From Bugula neritina (Eukaryota > Animalia > Bryozoa): a stretch of 64,000 nucleotides of DNA. The notes beneath the pieces are model-generated. The model was not told the DNA's origin. It ran no database searches and saw only the letters and a list, made by a program, of their open reading frames with translations. The DNA lies in NCBI GenBank assembly GCA_964035545.1, contig OZ037767.1, positions 17,357,781-17,421,780 of the forward strand. The letters are read 5' to 3'. Every line of letters begins with the position of its first letter. Position 1 is the first letter of the stretch. The position numbers and the translations under genes were made by a program. Of the stretch, positions 14,401-27,700 are shown piece after piece.

Positions 14401-14827
14401 TGACATGCTTCCAATCACCCCAAACATGTTGTTGACTATGAAGTCTGACGTTGTTCTACCACCTCCAAGCACATTTGAAGAGGCAGACATATATGCGAGG
14501 AAGCGTTGGAGAGTGGTCCAGCAGTTGGCAAATGAATTTTGGACACGCTGGCGCAAGCAATACTTGCTTTATTTACAGTCGCGGCAAAAATGGGTAAATA
14601 AAGTACCAGAGATCAAGGTGGGGGATATCGTTCTACTGTGTGATGACAATACAGTAAGAAATCAGTGGCCTTTAGCACGTGTCGTAGAATGCAACCTGTC
14701 TCATGACAGCGTTGTTAGATCAGTTAAGGTGCTTGTTGGTAGTAAAACATACCCCAAAGACTCCAATAAAAGAGTCTATTTAATTCGACCAATATCAAAA
14801 TTAGTTGTACTAGTCCGATCGAGCTAA
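8459..14827 (+). CDS. BEL/Pao Gag-Pol polyprotein (2122 aa)
   Basis: Gag core FTGDPLEYADWK; three Cys/His knuckles (CAYC..HHTAHC, CFKC..GH..NC, CETC..H..FH); protease LDSGS; RT KIRVVFDG, DIERMF, YVDD; RNase H FSDAS and TVPRLEL; integrase H..H..CVTC, LDCFGP, SDQGTNF, GGVWER; C-terminal WPLARV. No stops or frameshifts. Confidence 0.97.
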   Translation: MSHYHSARLRVQQHLEHIKISLEIISEFHLLVTRELADNITLIRAKELRKQLLNNQTVQEAEQHLTEARGLGISEEKLRNILREFDRIAGDRKTILTKLEHWLHAMDANSSDGENSTFKIAKVDVRSRVLPSIPPSDNSKIVKSHASHSSSKSKNSVESERAGPAKSVSVHSSDYQSNHSKSKKSHHSSHHIGNSRHSGASDISSSHAPDSASGSWKTRTTGTSRSSKSNASYYKAQLAKSAAKVAAAEAKFQAECEARQVEEEIQRLELKHKEQILTRKGHIAELKLKAEIDAEKAQLNAFQQALDDELETELRDTLMRPPSRASHNSSNPSPFLHSPHHIDLSNQFPSTGGQPAHDIKQSLMTKEELPHQSPGIHKDPYEQYPQVNSAAHLPTHQNTHPTHTHLQSPNPLTNLTTTDFSAAIGKSIGDSMAAAMTMQANHLPTPDKFTGDPLEYADWKLAFDGLIGSCPYTDLQKLHLLREYVDGDAKQAIRGYFSLQSSNAYQDALHALETEFGSEELIEEQFLDRLEAWPRVTDAKSLKSYSYFLNQCLSASRQISGLKVLDRKRENKKLASVLPNNLQERWLRHAIAQEEKRKVFPSFHKFAGFVAHEAKISCSNLREKYKSGSSKTAFKPITKQNNSKHSITLKSETTLPTPIVSKTSELVINQQKHANKSQHTDSQSAKQQNSLSFDQKQRKEPECAYCLSNKKPRWKHHTAHCWNLAKLSARQVNDFLASNSLCFKCAVSGHSYKNCNMKPVCETCKQAHPTIFHQKYTSQPTKQADESKMQCSNQNKDSTVCNNLSINTSQTLMSMTLPVWVSSVKDPHTKVLTYANLDSGSDSCYITNSIVEQLTCTKKPTKLPMATMTHQNFELDTMVTDDLIIKGYSCNKEVKLPNVYSAEEIPAKYESIPQAGALTAWPHLQDLAKNMVKGQNISVGLLIGGNCPLAFKPREVVVGNDADDEPFGVRTDLGWVIMGSLATNNTHDDNSGSKTTIVNKTVTHSPKKAKTTVSFKCQTETSKQINKIINILAQDFKECVTDKEAASVEDRAFLSLMKQETKIIDGHVTMPLPFKHKPPRNNSFKTAKNRFNSLLKKFSKNQNLENQYKKFMEDLISKGEAEIVPQGLASHEDSTWYIPHFEVWHPKKPGKIRVVFDGAAKTDGKCINDYLMTGPDHLNSLTGILLRFRQEQIAVTCDIERMFHQFRVATEDTDYLRFFWLDERGEIAVFRMKVHVFGATSSPACATYGLRYLADQYSTDDPSSQQARNFIRNQFYVDDGLLSMPDATSATKVLTEAMRICQQGKVHLHKILSNEKEVLNSFPKSEQSATLHDLDLNSDCLPTERTLGLMWNSEQDSFQFQVNLADKPNTRRGVLSNVASVFDPLGLISPVILQGKMVLQDLCRKHLDWDDPLDESMLAKWLPWKQSLKDLEHLSIPRNYVPSSFGTPAKVELHTFSDASTTGYGQCSYLRFVSPAKRVHVALICSKGRVTPLKAITVPRLELQAARGAVDLSLKAAEELGMDNVAQYFYSDSEVVLGYIKNTQARYHTFVANRVQQIRDGSNADNWFHVPTKLNPADHASRGLSPKQIFSPECIWFTGPDFLWNEPLILPHQKKFINSHDDQEVKVALATQHILAPLSQRITIFSNLDYTLKVIARIQTALCKTPLTQQEKRQKALHSLVKSVQSEFFTLEIKQLQQTQTTSKHSSIAKLCPFLDKAGLLRVGGRLQNSKLLSFEEKHPLLLPKHSHLTTLIINDTHAKLGHLGLEYTLSKIRSQGFWIIGGKSTISSKLRLCVTCKRIKAKPLTPQMATLPSVRVNEAPPFTHCGLDCFGPFIVKDGRKESKRYGLIVTCMASRAVHIELLEDMTTDSFINAIRTVVAIRGPIQTIQSDQGTNFIGAASLLQSDGTDSKLKSMNITMNFNPPHSSNFGGVWERQIRTIRSVLQGLGTRHGGRLSTSLLRTLFYEVMAIINCRPLTSTTDDMLPITPNMLLTMKSDVVLPPPSTFEEADIYARKRWRVVQQLANEFWTRWRKQYLLYLQSRQKWVNKVPEIKVGDIVLLCDDNTVRNQWPLARVVECNLSHDSVVRSVKVLVGSKTYPKDSNKRVYLIRPISKLVVLVRSS

Positions 14828-14865
14828 ACATACATTCAAAATTACAAGTCACTTTTAGAAATTTC

Positions 14866-14874
14866 AGGTGGGAG
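14866..14874 (+). promoter_or_regulatory. Polypurine tract
   Basis: AGGTGGGAG immediately before the 3' LTR. Confidence 0.8.
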
Positions 14875-15619
14875 TGTAATTAATTGGAATGCCAGTGAAA
14901 TTTCTTGCTCTCATCAAAACAAACAAAGTTAACCAACGTGCCCATAATTAGAAAACCATTACATTAGTCATGTATATGTAGCTGTTTTGCTTTTATAGCT
15001 ATGACAAATTTGCACACGAAAGTCAACAAGATTTCCTCATGTGTATGATTTCACTATGACTAAGTTATATAAATAGTTTTTTACACCATCAGCTTCCTGA
15101 AATGATTCATCCATTGAAGTATATTTTACTCTCAGCTCTCATTCTATGCTACACTTTCAGTCAGCTAACATGTAGCATAAACTGCTGAGTAACTTTTCAC
15201 TTATGTTATATTAAATATTTTGTTGCATTTAAATCAATATTGTCAAAGTAGAGAATAAATACCTACTACATTAACATCAAAGTTATAAGCTCCATTCCTG
15301 GATGGTCTAACAAGGTAATTATTGCTATTGTAGTATTTTTGACAATCATTTATGGCATTTGTATTATCCTTTTTTTAATATCAATTTTAATAATTTAGAT
15401 GGTGTATACTGATTTTTATAGCAAGACTTGTTCTTTATTTGAAGCTTATTAGTTAATGTCAAATTATCACTGATAAAAGTTTTATCACATATTATCATTC
15501 ATTATAGCATATTCACAATTTCATTAATTGTAGTTTTCACGACAGTTTTACCAATAAAACATCAGTAGAGACTGAAGACCACATTGTGCCTGTTTACAAA
15601 CCAGGGATGATAGTTTACA
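14875..15619 (+). repeat. 3' LTR (745 bp)
   Basis: Direct repeat of 7001-7745. Confidence 0.96.
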
Positions 15620-18600
15620 TAATATAATAAACAACACACTATATAGTATATACTATGATATAATATAATAAACAACACACTATATAATATATACTATGAT
15701 ATAATATAATAAACAACACACTATATAATATATACTATGATATAATATAATACACAACACACTATATAGTATATACTATGATCTAATATAATAAACAACA
15801 CACTATATAATACATACTATGATATAATATAATAAACAACACACTATATAGTATATACTATGATATAATATAATAAACAACACACTATATAGTATATACT
15901 ATATGATATGATATAATACACAACACACTATATAGTATATACTATGATATAATATAATAAACAACACACTATATATAATATATACTATGATATAATATAA
16001 CAAACAACACACTATATAATATATACTATGATATAATATAATACACAACACACTATATAGTATATACTATGATATAATATAATAAACAACACACTATATA
16101 ACATATACTATGATATAATATAATAAACAACACACTATATAACATATACTATGATATAATATAAGAAACAACACACTATATAGTATATACTATGATATAA
16201 TATTATAATAAACAACACACTATATAGTATATACTATGATATAATATAATACACAACACACTATATAGTATATACTATGATATAATATAATAAACAACAC
16301 ACTATATAATATATACTATGATATAATATAATAAACAACACACTATATAATATATACTATGATATAATATAATACACAACACACTATATAGTATATACTA
16401 TGATATAATATAATAAACACCACACTATATAATATATACTATGATATAATATAATAAACAACACACTATATAATATATACTATGATATAATATAATAAAC
16501 AACACACTATATAGTATATACTATGATATAATATAATAAACAACACACTATATAGTATATACTATGATATAATATAATAAACAACACACTATATAATATA
16601 TACTATGATATAATATAATACACAACACACTATATAATATATACTATGATCTAATATAATAAACAACACACTATATAATACATACTATGATATAATATAA
16701 TAAACAACACACTATATAGTATATACTATGATATAATATAATAAACAACACACTATATAACATATACTATGATATAATATAATAAACAACACACTATATA
16801 ACATATACTATGATATAATATAAGAAACAACACACTATATAGTATATACTATGATATAATATAATAAACAACACACTATATAGTATATACTATGATATAA
16901 TATAATAAACAACACACTATATAATATATACTATGATATAATATAATAAACAACACACTATATAATATATACTATGATATAATATAATACACAACACACT
17001 ATATAGTATATACTATGATCTAATATAATAAACAACACACTATATAATACATACTATGATATAATATAATAAACAACACACTATATAGTATATACTATGA
17101 TATAATATAATAAACAACACACTATATAGTATATACTATGATATAATATAATAAACAACACACTATATAACATATACTATGATATAATATAAGAAACAAC
17201 ACACTATATAGTATATACTATGATATAATATTATAATAAACAACACACTATATAGTATATACTATGATATAATATAATACACAACACACTATATAATATA
17301 TACTATGATATAATATAATAAACAACACACTATATAATATATACTATGATATAATATAATAAACAACACACTATATAGTATATACTATGATATAATATAA
17401 TAAACAACACACTATATAACATATACTATGATATAATATAATAAACAACACACTATATAACATATACTATGATATAATATAAGAAACAACACACTATATA
17501 GTATATACTATGATATAATATTATAATAAACAACACACTATATAGTATATACTATGATATAATATAATACACAACACACTATATAGTATATACTATGATA
17601 TAATATAATAAACAACACACTATATAATATATACTATGATATAATACAATAAACAACACACTATATAGTATATACTATGATATAATATAATACACAACAC
17701 ACTATATAATATATACTATGATATAATATAATAAACAACACACTATATAATATATACTATGATATAATATAATAAACAACACACTATATAGTATATACTA
17801 TGATATAATATAATAAACAACACACTATATAATATATACTATGATATAATATAATAAACAACACACTATATAGTATATACTATGATATAATATAATAAAC
17901 AACACACTATATAGTATATACTATGATATAATATAATAAACAACACACTATATAATATATACTATGATATAATATAATACACAACACACTATATAGTATA
18001 TACTATGATATAATATAATAAACAACACACTATATAGTATATACTATGATATAATATAATAAACAACACACTATATAATATATACTATGATATAATATAA
18101 TATACAACACACTATATAGTATATACTATGATATAATATAATACACAACACACTATATAGTATATACTATGATATAATATAATAAACAACACACTATATA
18201 ATATATACTATGATATAATATAATAAACAACACACTATATAATATATACTATGATATAATATAATACACAACACACTATATAGTATATACTATGATATAA
18301 TATAATACACAACACACTATATAATATATACTATGATATAATATAATAAACAACACACTATATAATATATACTATGATATAATATAATAAACAACACACT
18401 ATATAATATATACTATGATATAATATAATAAACAACACACTATATAATATATACTATGATATAATATAATAAACAACACACTATATAATATATACTATGA
18501 TATAATATAATAAACAACACACTATATAATATATACTATGATATAATATAATAAACAACACACTATATAATATATACTATGATATAATATAATAAACAAC

Positions 18601-21201
18601 ACACTATATAATATATACTATGATATAATATAATACACAACACACTATATAATATATACTATGATATAATATAATAAACAACACACTATATAATATATAC
18701 TATGATATAATATAATACACAACACACTATATAATATATACTATGATATAATATAATACACAACACACTATATAGTATATACTATGATATAATATAATAA
18801 ACAACACACTATATAATATATACTATGATATAATATAATACACAACACACTATATAATATATACTATGATATAATATAATAAACAACACACTATATAATA
18901 TATACTATGATATAATATAATAAACAACACACTATATAGTATATACTATGATATAATATAATAAACAACACACTATATAATATATACTATGATATAATAT
19001 AATAAACAACACACTATATAGTATATACTATGATATAATATAATAAACAACACACTATATAGTATATACTATGATATAATATAATAAACAACACACTATA
19101 TAGTATATACTATGATATAATATAATAAACAACACACTATATAATATATACTATGATATAATATAATGAACAACACACTATATAATATATACTATGATAT
19201 AATATAATAAACAACACACTATATAATATATACTATGATATAATATAATAAACAACACACTATATAATATATACTATGATATAATATAATACACAACACA
19301 CTATATAGTATATACTATGATATAATATAATAAACAACACACTATATAATATATACTATGATATAATATAATACACAACACACTATATAGTATATACTAT
19401 GATATAATATAATAAACAACACACTATATAGTATATACTATGATATAATATAATAAACAACACACTATATAATATATACTATGATATAATATAATACACA
19501 ACACACTATATAGTATATACTATGATATAATATAATAAACAACACACTATATAATATATACTATGATATAATATAATATACAACACACTATATAGTATAT
19601 ACTATGATATAATATAATACACAACACACTATATAGTATATACTATGATATAATATAATAAACAACACACTATATAGTATATACTATGATATAATATAAT
19701 ACACAACACACTATATAGTATATACTATGATATAATATAATACACAACACACTATATAATATATACTATGATATAATATAATACACAACACACTATATAA
19801 TATATACTATGATATAATATAATAAACAACACACTATATAATATATACTATGATATAATATAATAAACAACACACTATATAGTATATACTATGATATAAT
19901 ATAATAAACAACACACTATATAGTATATACTATGATATAATATAATAAACAACACACTATATAGTATATACTATGATATAATATAATACACAACACACTA
20001 TATAGTATATACTATGATATAATATAATAAACAACACACTATATAATATATACTATGATATAATATAATAAACAACACACTATATAGTATATACTATGAT
20101 CTAATATAATAAACAACACACTATATAATATATACTATGATATAATATAATAAACAACACACTATATAATATATACTATGATATAATATAATACACAACA
20201 CACTATATAATATATACTATGATATAATATAATACACAACACACTATATAGTATATACTATGATATAATATAATACACAACACACTATATAATATATACT
20301 ATGATATAATATAATATACAACACACTATATAGTATATACTATGATATAATATAATAAACAACACACTATATAGTATATACTATGATATAATATAATAAA
20401 CAACACACTATATAGTATATACTATGATATAATATAATAAACAACACACTATATAGTATATACTATGATATAATATAATAAACAACACACTATATAATAT
20501 ATACTATGATATAATATAATACACAACACACCCATATAGTATATACTATGATATAATATAATACACAACACACTATATAGTATATACTATGATATAATAT
20601 AATACACAACACACTATATAATATATACTATGATATAATATAATACACAACACACTATATAGTATATACTATGATATAATATAATAAACAACACACTATA
20701 TAGTATATACTATGATATAATATAATACACAACACACTATATAATATATACTATGATATAATATAATAAACAACACACTATATAATATATACTATGATAT
20801 AATATAATAAACAACACACTATATAGTATATACTATGATATAATATAATAAACAACACACTATATAATATATACTATAATATAATATAATACACAACACA
20901 CCCATATAGTATATACTATGATATAATATAATAAACAACACACTATATAATATATACTATAATATAATATAATACACAACACACCCATATAGTATATACT
21001 ATGATATAATATAATAAACAACACACTATATAATATATACTATGATATAATATAATAAACAACACACTATATAGTATATATACTATGATATAATATAATA
21101 CACAACACACTATATAGTATATACTATGATATAATATAATAAACAACACACTATATAGTATATACTATGATATAATATAATACACAACACACCCATATAG
21201 T
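15620..21201. repeat. 41-bp satellite array (continuation), ending inside MRPS5 exon 9 of copy C
   Basis: Same monomer; the last unit ACACAACACACCCATATAGT overlaps the exon 9 3' end and its donor. Confidence 0.97.
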
Positions 21202-21969
21202 GTCGCTTCAGGTCAAAGTGTTCCAATGGTTCATCCTTCACAGCGCCATCACTGGGTTCAGCTAGAACTGACGGCACATTATACTTTGGACTCAACTCAA
21301 CGACGTAGTAATTAGTCTTGTCGGCTAAACTCTGATGCGTTTCCTGTATGAAGACACGGACTGTACAACTAAAACCGTATTCACAAGTAGCATTTACAGT
21401 TACTGTATTCATATTTAGTAGTAAATAGTTACTATATTTAGTAGTATATAGTTACTATATTTAGTAGTAAACAGTTACTCTATTTAGTAGTAAACAGTTA
21501 CTCTATTTAGTAGTACACAGTTACTATATTTAGTAGTATACAGTTACTATATTTAGTAGTATACAGTTACTCTATTTAGTAGTAAACAGTTACTATATTT
21601 AGTAGTAAACAGTTACTCTATTTAGTAGTACACAGTTACTATATTTAGTAGTACACAGTTACTATATTTAGTAGTACACAGTTACTATATTTAGTAGTAA
21701 ACAGTTACTATATTTAGTAGTAAACAGTTACTATATTTAGTAGTAAACAATTACTATATTTAGTAGTATACAGTTACTATATTTAGTAGTAAACAGTTAC
21801 TATATTTAGTGCTATATGGTCACCATATTCAGAAGTCCCTGTAGGAAACATCCAGCCACGTTCTGTATATTCTTTGTTCTTCCTTCCACTTTACAGTAGG
21901 CCTACAGGTCTTTGATACCAACACACTGAGCTATGGTCCTGATAGCCCTGTGACATACTAGCCCATAGC
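21193..21969 (-). pseudogene. MRPS5: MRPS5 partial copy C (exon 8 at 21824-21969, exon 9 at 21193-21343), with a premature stop
   Basis: Exons match the intact gene (GYGLVCHRAI; ETHQSLADKT). A 6-bp insertion creates an in-frame TAG in exon 8. Homology ends in intron 7 at 22329. The last exon would lie left of the window. Confidence 0.88.
21396..21810. repeat. 23-bp minisatellite (MRPS5 intron 8, copy C)
   Basis: Unit AACAGTTACTATATTTAGTAGTA, about 18 copies. Confidence 0.93.
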
Positions 21970-22743
21970 CTGAGGACATGTACAATATACTGTATAATAC
22001 GCAGGTGAAAGAATAGTCATGTGTATAGACAATATTTGTTAGACCTTGGACTATAACTAAATGAATACTTGGGGTGACTTATTCACATATTCTCATTCGT
22101 GTTGCTATTAACTCTTATGTAACAGTATTTAAGGTGTACTGACTGCTGTACATGTGAATATATTAGACTAGCTGTAACACCAAGAAATACTTAGTCATAC
22201 TAGTTATCTATAGTTCAGAGTATTAGAGTGGAATACTAATACTAGCTTATCTGTTTGTTCTCAGGTGTTATCAGTGAACACTTTATCACTATGAACATGG
22301 GATTATATCACACACTAGGGGAGGGCATGATATGATAAAGGAGTAATATAAACATGTATGATAAATGAGGAATATAAACATATATATGATAAATGAGTAA
22401 TATAAACACATTGGAAATAAACTTTGCTTTAAGTTTGGTGTAGTCAAAAACAGTAAGAAGAATGGACAGCAATAAACATTTGAAAGAATGTCCCCAGCAG
22501 TATATATCATGTGATCATACAGTAAAACATGCTGAAATAAATTGAATAATATAAATACTTCATTTCATAACTGAAATACAGATATTAAGATGCAGCAATT
22601 TCATCCATGTAAATTCTGCAACATTCACTTCTGGATTCCTAAATGTCATAGGGAAACGGTTTCGTTATAAATTAGAAATTTTGATAAGTTTTTGAACAAA
22701 TGAGGATAGTCTGCGTATACGTCAATAGTTCACAATTCTCCCA

Positions 22744-25700
22744 TCACTTCTTCATTCCAAATATGGTAAGTCTTCCAGCTTTGGCTGCTTCTTTAACTTT
22801 AGACCAATCAGTGAGCGCTTCACACTGAGATCCAAGTGCAGACAACCCTCCTTTCTTTGGACTGTCCATCCAGTTTCCAACAACCTGTATAAAGTGTCAA
22901 CAAGGTGTCAATATAACACCATAGTGTCTGCATCGTACAAGAGAAAGAAAATACAACAATTACAGTGCGAAAAAACGTTTACTAGAATAAAGATACTCAG
23001 ATATAAACCCACACACGTAATCTACATGATAAACTAATGGCCATGTATAACAAAGGGAACACGACTCTTAACACAATATATAAAATGGAGTACAAGACGC
23101 AACCTCATTTAACTTGTCTTTATCCAGTACACTCAGATAGTAGATGTATCTGAATCTATCAATAGTTTTACGACATTTCCCTGTTGGTTTAAGAGCATCA
23201 TGTATAGACTTGGCTCTCCCACTAGTAAGTTGATTATGTACATATTCCATCAACTGTATAGCTTGTTCTGGTGTGTGTACTGCAAGGAACACAGGGTAAA
23301 ATATAAATATTTACAATACAATATACAATATTTTTGTACACAATAATGTGCTGGTGGCAATTGGTATTTGTGTAGCAGCATAGAAAATCATGTGTCATTA
23401 TATAAAAAGAAATTGAGACAATACAATTACTGTTGATGACGGTATGTGTGGGTAGACTGTAATACACTATTGAGAGTTGTCTCACCATATTGGAAACTAG
23501 TTGCTACATTAGAAGTGGAGGGTGTATTGTTAAGAGCCGGAGTGTCACAGATTCTCTCTGAAAACAGAACAGAATGAAAGTTTGACATTGGAATCACACA
23601 ACTTTGTATGATTTTGCTCCAGCTGTTCTAGTTTGTCACAACAGCATGTCATATGCTAGTTAGAATATGAACAACATAGAAATATGCTCCTGTAATGACA
23701 ATTATATATTAAAACCTAACCAACTATAGGAGTACTGATCACACAGCTGTGTATAAATCTCATCACTAAATCCCTCAATATCTTTACATGTATGTATATA
23801 TATGATTCCAGAAGTAGTGTAATTACTAACTCATTACTTTAACCAACCTGTTACTAGAGTTCTTTGATCTCCAACAACTACAGAGAATGGAATATCCACT
23901 TCACCAAGCATGATTGAGTCAGTGTACTCATAAAGTTCTAGAATAATAATCACAATGAGTTCATAACTGAGAGAGAGATGATGTGTAATATAATAGCATA
24001 TGATAAATAGCATATATCAGATAGTTGAAGATATGTATATCCAGGTTTAGTAAGACTTTACCATCATTTAAGACAAGACAGGTGATTCCAGGTCCACATT
24101 CCTTTCCAATAAGAAGGAGAAAACTCTCAATAGTCAGGTCATCTCTGAATGGGAATATCTTGCTCCGAGATTTAATTTTCAAAGTGAGTTTATTGTATCT
24201 AACAGCACCTGTACCAGTCATATAAAATAAGATTATAACTAAGTTCAGTAGAGTAATGAAATAACAATAATTACAAAAATTACCAATCAAATGAAGTCAC
24301 TCACATTGAGTTGTGACGGCAGGTATAGTCTGCTCAGGTGTGACATCCATATCCTGAAGTAGTCCCACAGTCTCGGGTACTTCCTGTGATGAAGGCTCTG
24401 TACTAACTAGTGTTTGAGTATCTTGTACATGTGGTGGTTCAGAATACTCAGTGGTCATAGGAAAGTCAGCATTGCCAGCATCTGTATCAACATAATAGAT
24501 GTCAATGACAATAAAACATTAAATGTTTTAGGATTATCTCTACATGTTTTGTTTTGTATTTGAAATTGGAAGTTGTATGAAACACATGGGATGTTTATGA
24601 CAATGCAATAGCTATTCCATTTGCTGCTCTTTGACCCCAGAGACAATATTTTAAGTATTTATTCTAAAAGATAAAATATAACATACCCGAGCTTCTAGAA
24701 ACTTTGGATGTTGAGTGGAATACATCATTATAGAGTGGTCTTTTACTTCCAGATGGTGTGTCTGACGTCTTATAACGCAGTGTAGTAACTCGAACAGATG
24801 AGGTGCTCTCTTGCGATGGAGGTACTGAACTACTGCTCTCATTGGCTGTGGTATGGGATGTCAAGGTCACTGGTACAGATGTCAGAGAAGATGTATTCTC
24901 ACTAGAAAATGAGTCAGTGAGACCAAGCTGTGACACTGGATGATGAATCTGAGAGTTGGAGTTCTGCCAGTTGTTGAGTGTCTGATCAGCCTCTGGTAGA
25001 GCTGCTGGTTGCATATCTGTGTACTCCTTTGGTGTTGGTGTGGGCTGTGAGATGTTGTCATTGTGATGCAGTGAGTGTGAAAGGAGTGAGAAAGGTTTAT
25101 TGCTAAGATATGGAGGATTGAAAGGTGAATATTTCAGGGAATGTCGGAAGGGTGAAGCATTCTCTAGAGTAAATCGAGAGGGTAGACTGGTGTGGCTGGC
25201 TGGTGTTGGTGTCAATTGTGGAGTAGAAGGTGTGGGTTGGACTGGTTGCGTGGTGGAATAGTTTGACAGACTCAGCTGTGGTGGGACTTGGAGGCTACTT
25301 TGTATTGGTAAGGTTAAATCAAGGAGAGATGGTTGAAGATCCAAAGGAAGTGAATTGTGCTGGTCAGTTACTGGTTGAGGTGGGAACCATCTGGAAGGTT
25401 CTAAAAAGCCAAACTCAGCAGGCAGCGGTTGATGGTAGATGAGGTTGTTGGTTGCCAATAAGCTATTAGCTTTTTGAATCTCTAAAATATAAAATATATT
25501 GCATTTCCTTAGGTTATTTTAAAGGCTCTGAGTAACTATACAAGCATTTTCTTTCTCCAAGACATTTTACCAATATATATTATTACCAAACCAAGTTTAA
25601 AATCTTTCAGCTAAATCATACTCTATCAGCTGTATAAAACAAACTATTAGCATTGAGATAAAATTATATATTCTTATTCTCCGTCATCTATGATTAGCAA

Positions 25701-26814
25701 TTAGTAGTTTATTTATTCATAATTCCATTCAAGTTCGTAATTAGAATTAGAATGAAAAGTAAATAATTTTTACAATTAGCTTGCAGTATTTTCAACTAAA
25801 CATTATTAGCTATGAATTTTAGTATTATTCCAAACATGTAACTGTACCAGTATATCAGACAAAGAGGAACATTCTGTTGGCTAGACAGAAGTTCATGAAA
25901 AATGATTATAGATGTTATTACTGGGTTAAACAGATAAAGCTGATGAGAGAAGATAACTACAGACAATATCCAATGAATAATTATTTAAATCTGCAGTGTA
26001 TAGCAGCAACACTGTTAACGTTATTATGTTACAAGTCATTGGTGAGCATAGATGTACATGAACTTAAGTCACTATATGGAAGGAAATATCATCTTAAACA
26101 ACAGAACGGCTAGACATTCATCAGCTATAAAAGAACTTATTATTAGATTTTGTATTGTCTAAATTTTCTGCCATAAAACTGTCTGTGAAACACAAATTAA
26201 TGTAAATCTGAAAAGTTGAACTCACCTTGAACTCTGTGTTCTGCTTCATCCTGACACTGTTCAAGGTAAGACACAGTGTTTGTTTTTCCTGTTCTTTTTG
26301 CAACACTTAAAGGAGTCTCATTCTCTGTGTTGTGAGTTTTGAGTAGCTCTAGTTGCTGTTTAGCATTAAGTTTATCCATCATTAGCTTGATCATTTGTGG
26401 GTGATCTCCCAATGCTGCACTGTGTATAGCTGTATTACCATAATATCTACTCTGTGTCTTGAGTAGCTCTACCTTCTGATCTACTGATACACCATCTAGT
26501 AGATATTTGATAGTGTCTGTATCACCTCCCCATGCTGCTCTGTGTATAGCTGTATCACCATCAATACTCTGTACCTTGAGTAGCTCCACCTTCTGATCTA
26601 CTGATACACCATCTACTAGGTATTTGGTAGTGTCTGTATAACCTTTCTTAGCTACCCTCTGTAGTGTGTCGTCCTCTCTCAACAGTTTACATCTCTCTTC
26701 TATTGACACATGTGGAAGACATAATTTCAAACTCTTGACAATGTTGACCTCTTTAGATCGACCTCTTTTTATTTTCAATAATGTCTCTTGCAGCTTTTGT
26801 GTATGTTTCAACAT
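22744..26814 (-). CDS. 8-exon ankyrin-repeat protein with P/S/T linker and CCDC106-like C-terminus (about 728 aa), copy 2
   Basis: Hand-spliced GT-AG exons: 26226-26814, 24687-25481, 24305-24481, 24062-24208, 23848-23937, 23486-23557, 23104-23279, 22744-22884. Phases are all compatible; total 2187 nt ending in TGA. Ankyrin motifs GDTAIHRAA, GNTAIHSAA. An acceptor at 26823-26824 means the true start could be further upstream. Confidence 0.75.
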
Positions 26815-27235
26815 TTTAATTTCTAAAATTATTATTTTAAAAACATTCAGCAACATAATACACAAAGGGTACATTTTGTGTCACTTTGATTTTGCCAAAT
26901 TTTATTATTCATAATATACAATTTTATTCCACAAGCCTTTTGCTATATACATACTATGTACTATACACTAAAATATACTATAATTATATCATGTATACTA
27001 TAGAATAATATATAATATAATTATATCATGTACTATACACTAAAATATACTATAAATATATCATACCATACACTAAAATATTATAATATAAAGGTAGGTG
27101 AAGTATTATTAGAGAAACTGATAAAAGCCTGTGTGCTAGTCCACAAATGTAGCAAAAGAAGTTATGTTCTCGCAAGAATTTCAACCCGCGCCATAAATTC
27201 TGCTTTTACTGTTCCTAAGTGTAATTATATCATAC

Positions 27236-27700
27236 AATACACTAAAGTATACTATACTATGCTATACACTGATTATACTGATCATACTATACACTAAAGT
27301 ATACTATACTATGCTATACACTGATTATACTGATCATACTATACACTAAAGTATACTATACTATGCCATACACTGATTATACTGATCATACTATACACTA
27401 AAGTATACTATACTATGCTATACACTGATTATACTGATCATACTATACAGTATATACTAAAGTATACTATACTATGCTATACACTGATTATACTGATCAT
27501 ACTATACACTAAAGTATACTATACTATGCTATACACTGATTATACTGATCATACTATACACTAAAGTATACTATACTATGCTATACACTGATTATACTGA
27601 TCATACTATACACTAAAATATACTATACTATGCTATACACTGATTATACTGATCATACTATACACTAAAGTATACTATACTATGCTATACACTGATTATA
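27236..27700. repeat. 52-bp minisatellite
   Basis: Unit TATACTATACTATGCTATACACTGATTATACTGATCATACTATACACTAAAG, about 9 copies. Confidence 0.92.

Larger units (their letters stand above)
7001..15619 (+). mobile_element. Full-length BEL/Pao LTR retrotransposon
   Basis: TGT...ACA LTRs at 7001-7745 and 14875-15619; 5-bp TSD TAATA at 6996-7000 and 15620-15624 (removing the element and one TSD restores the satellite register); single gag-pol ORF in PR-RT-RH-IN order. Confidence 0.97.

Noticed and set aside
8880-14556. Small alternative-frame and antisense ORFs within gag-pol
   Set aside because: Shadow ORFs with no recognisable motifs.
14828-14874. env-like third ORF
   Set aside because: Only 47 bp separate the pol stop from the 3' LTR.
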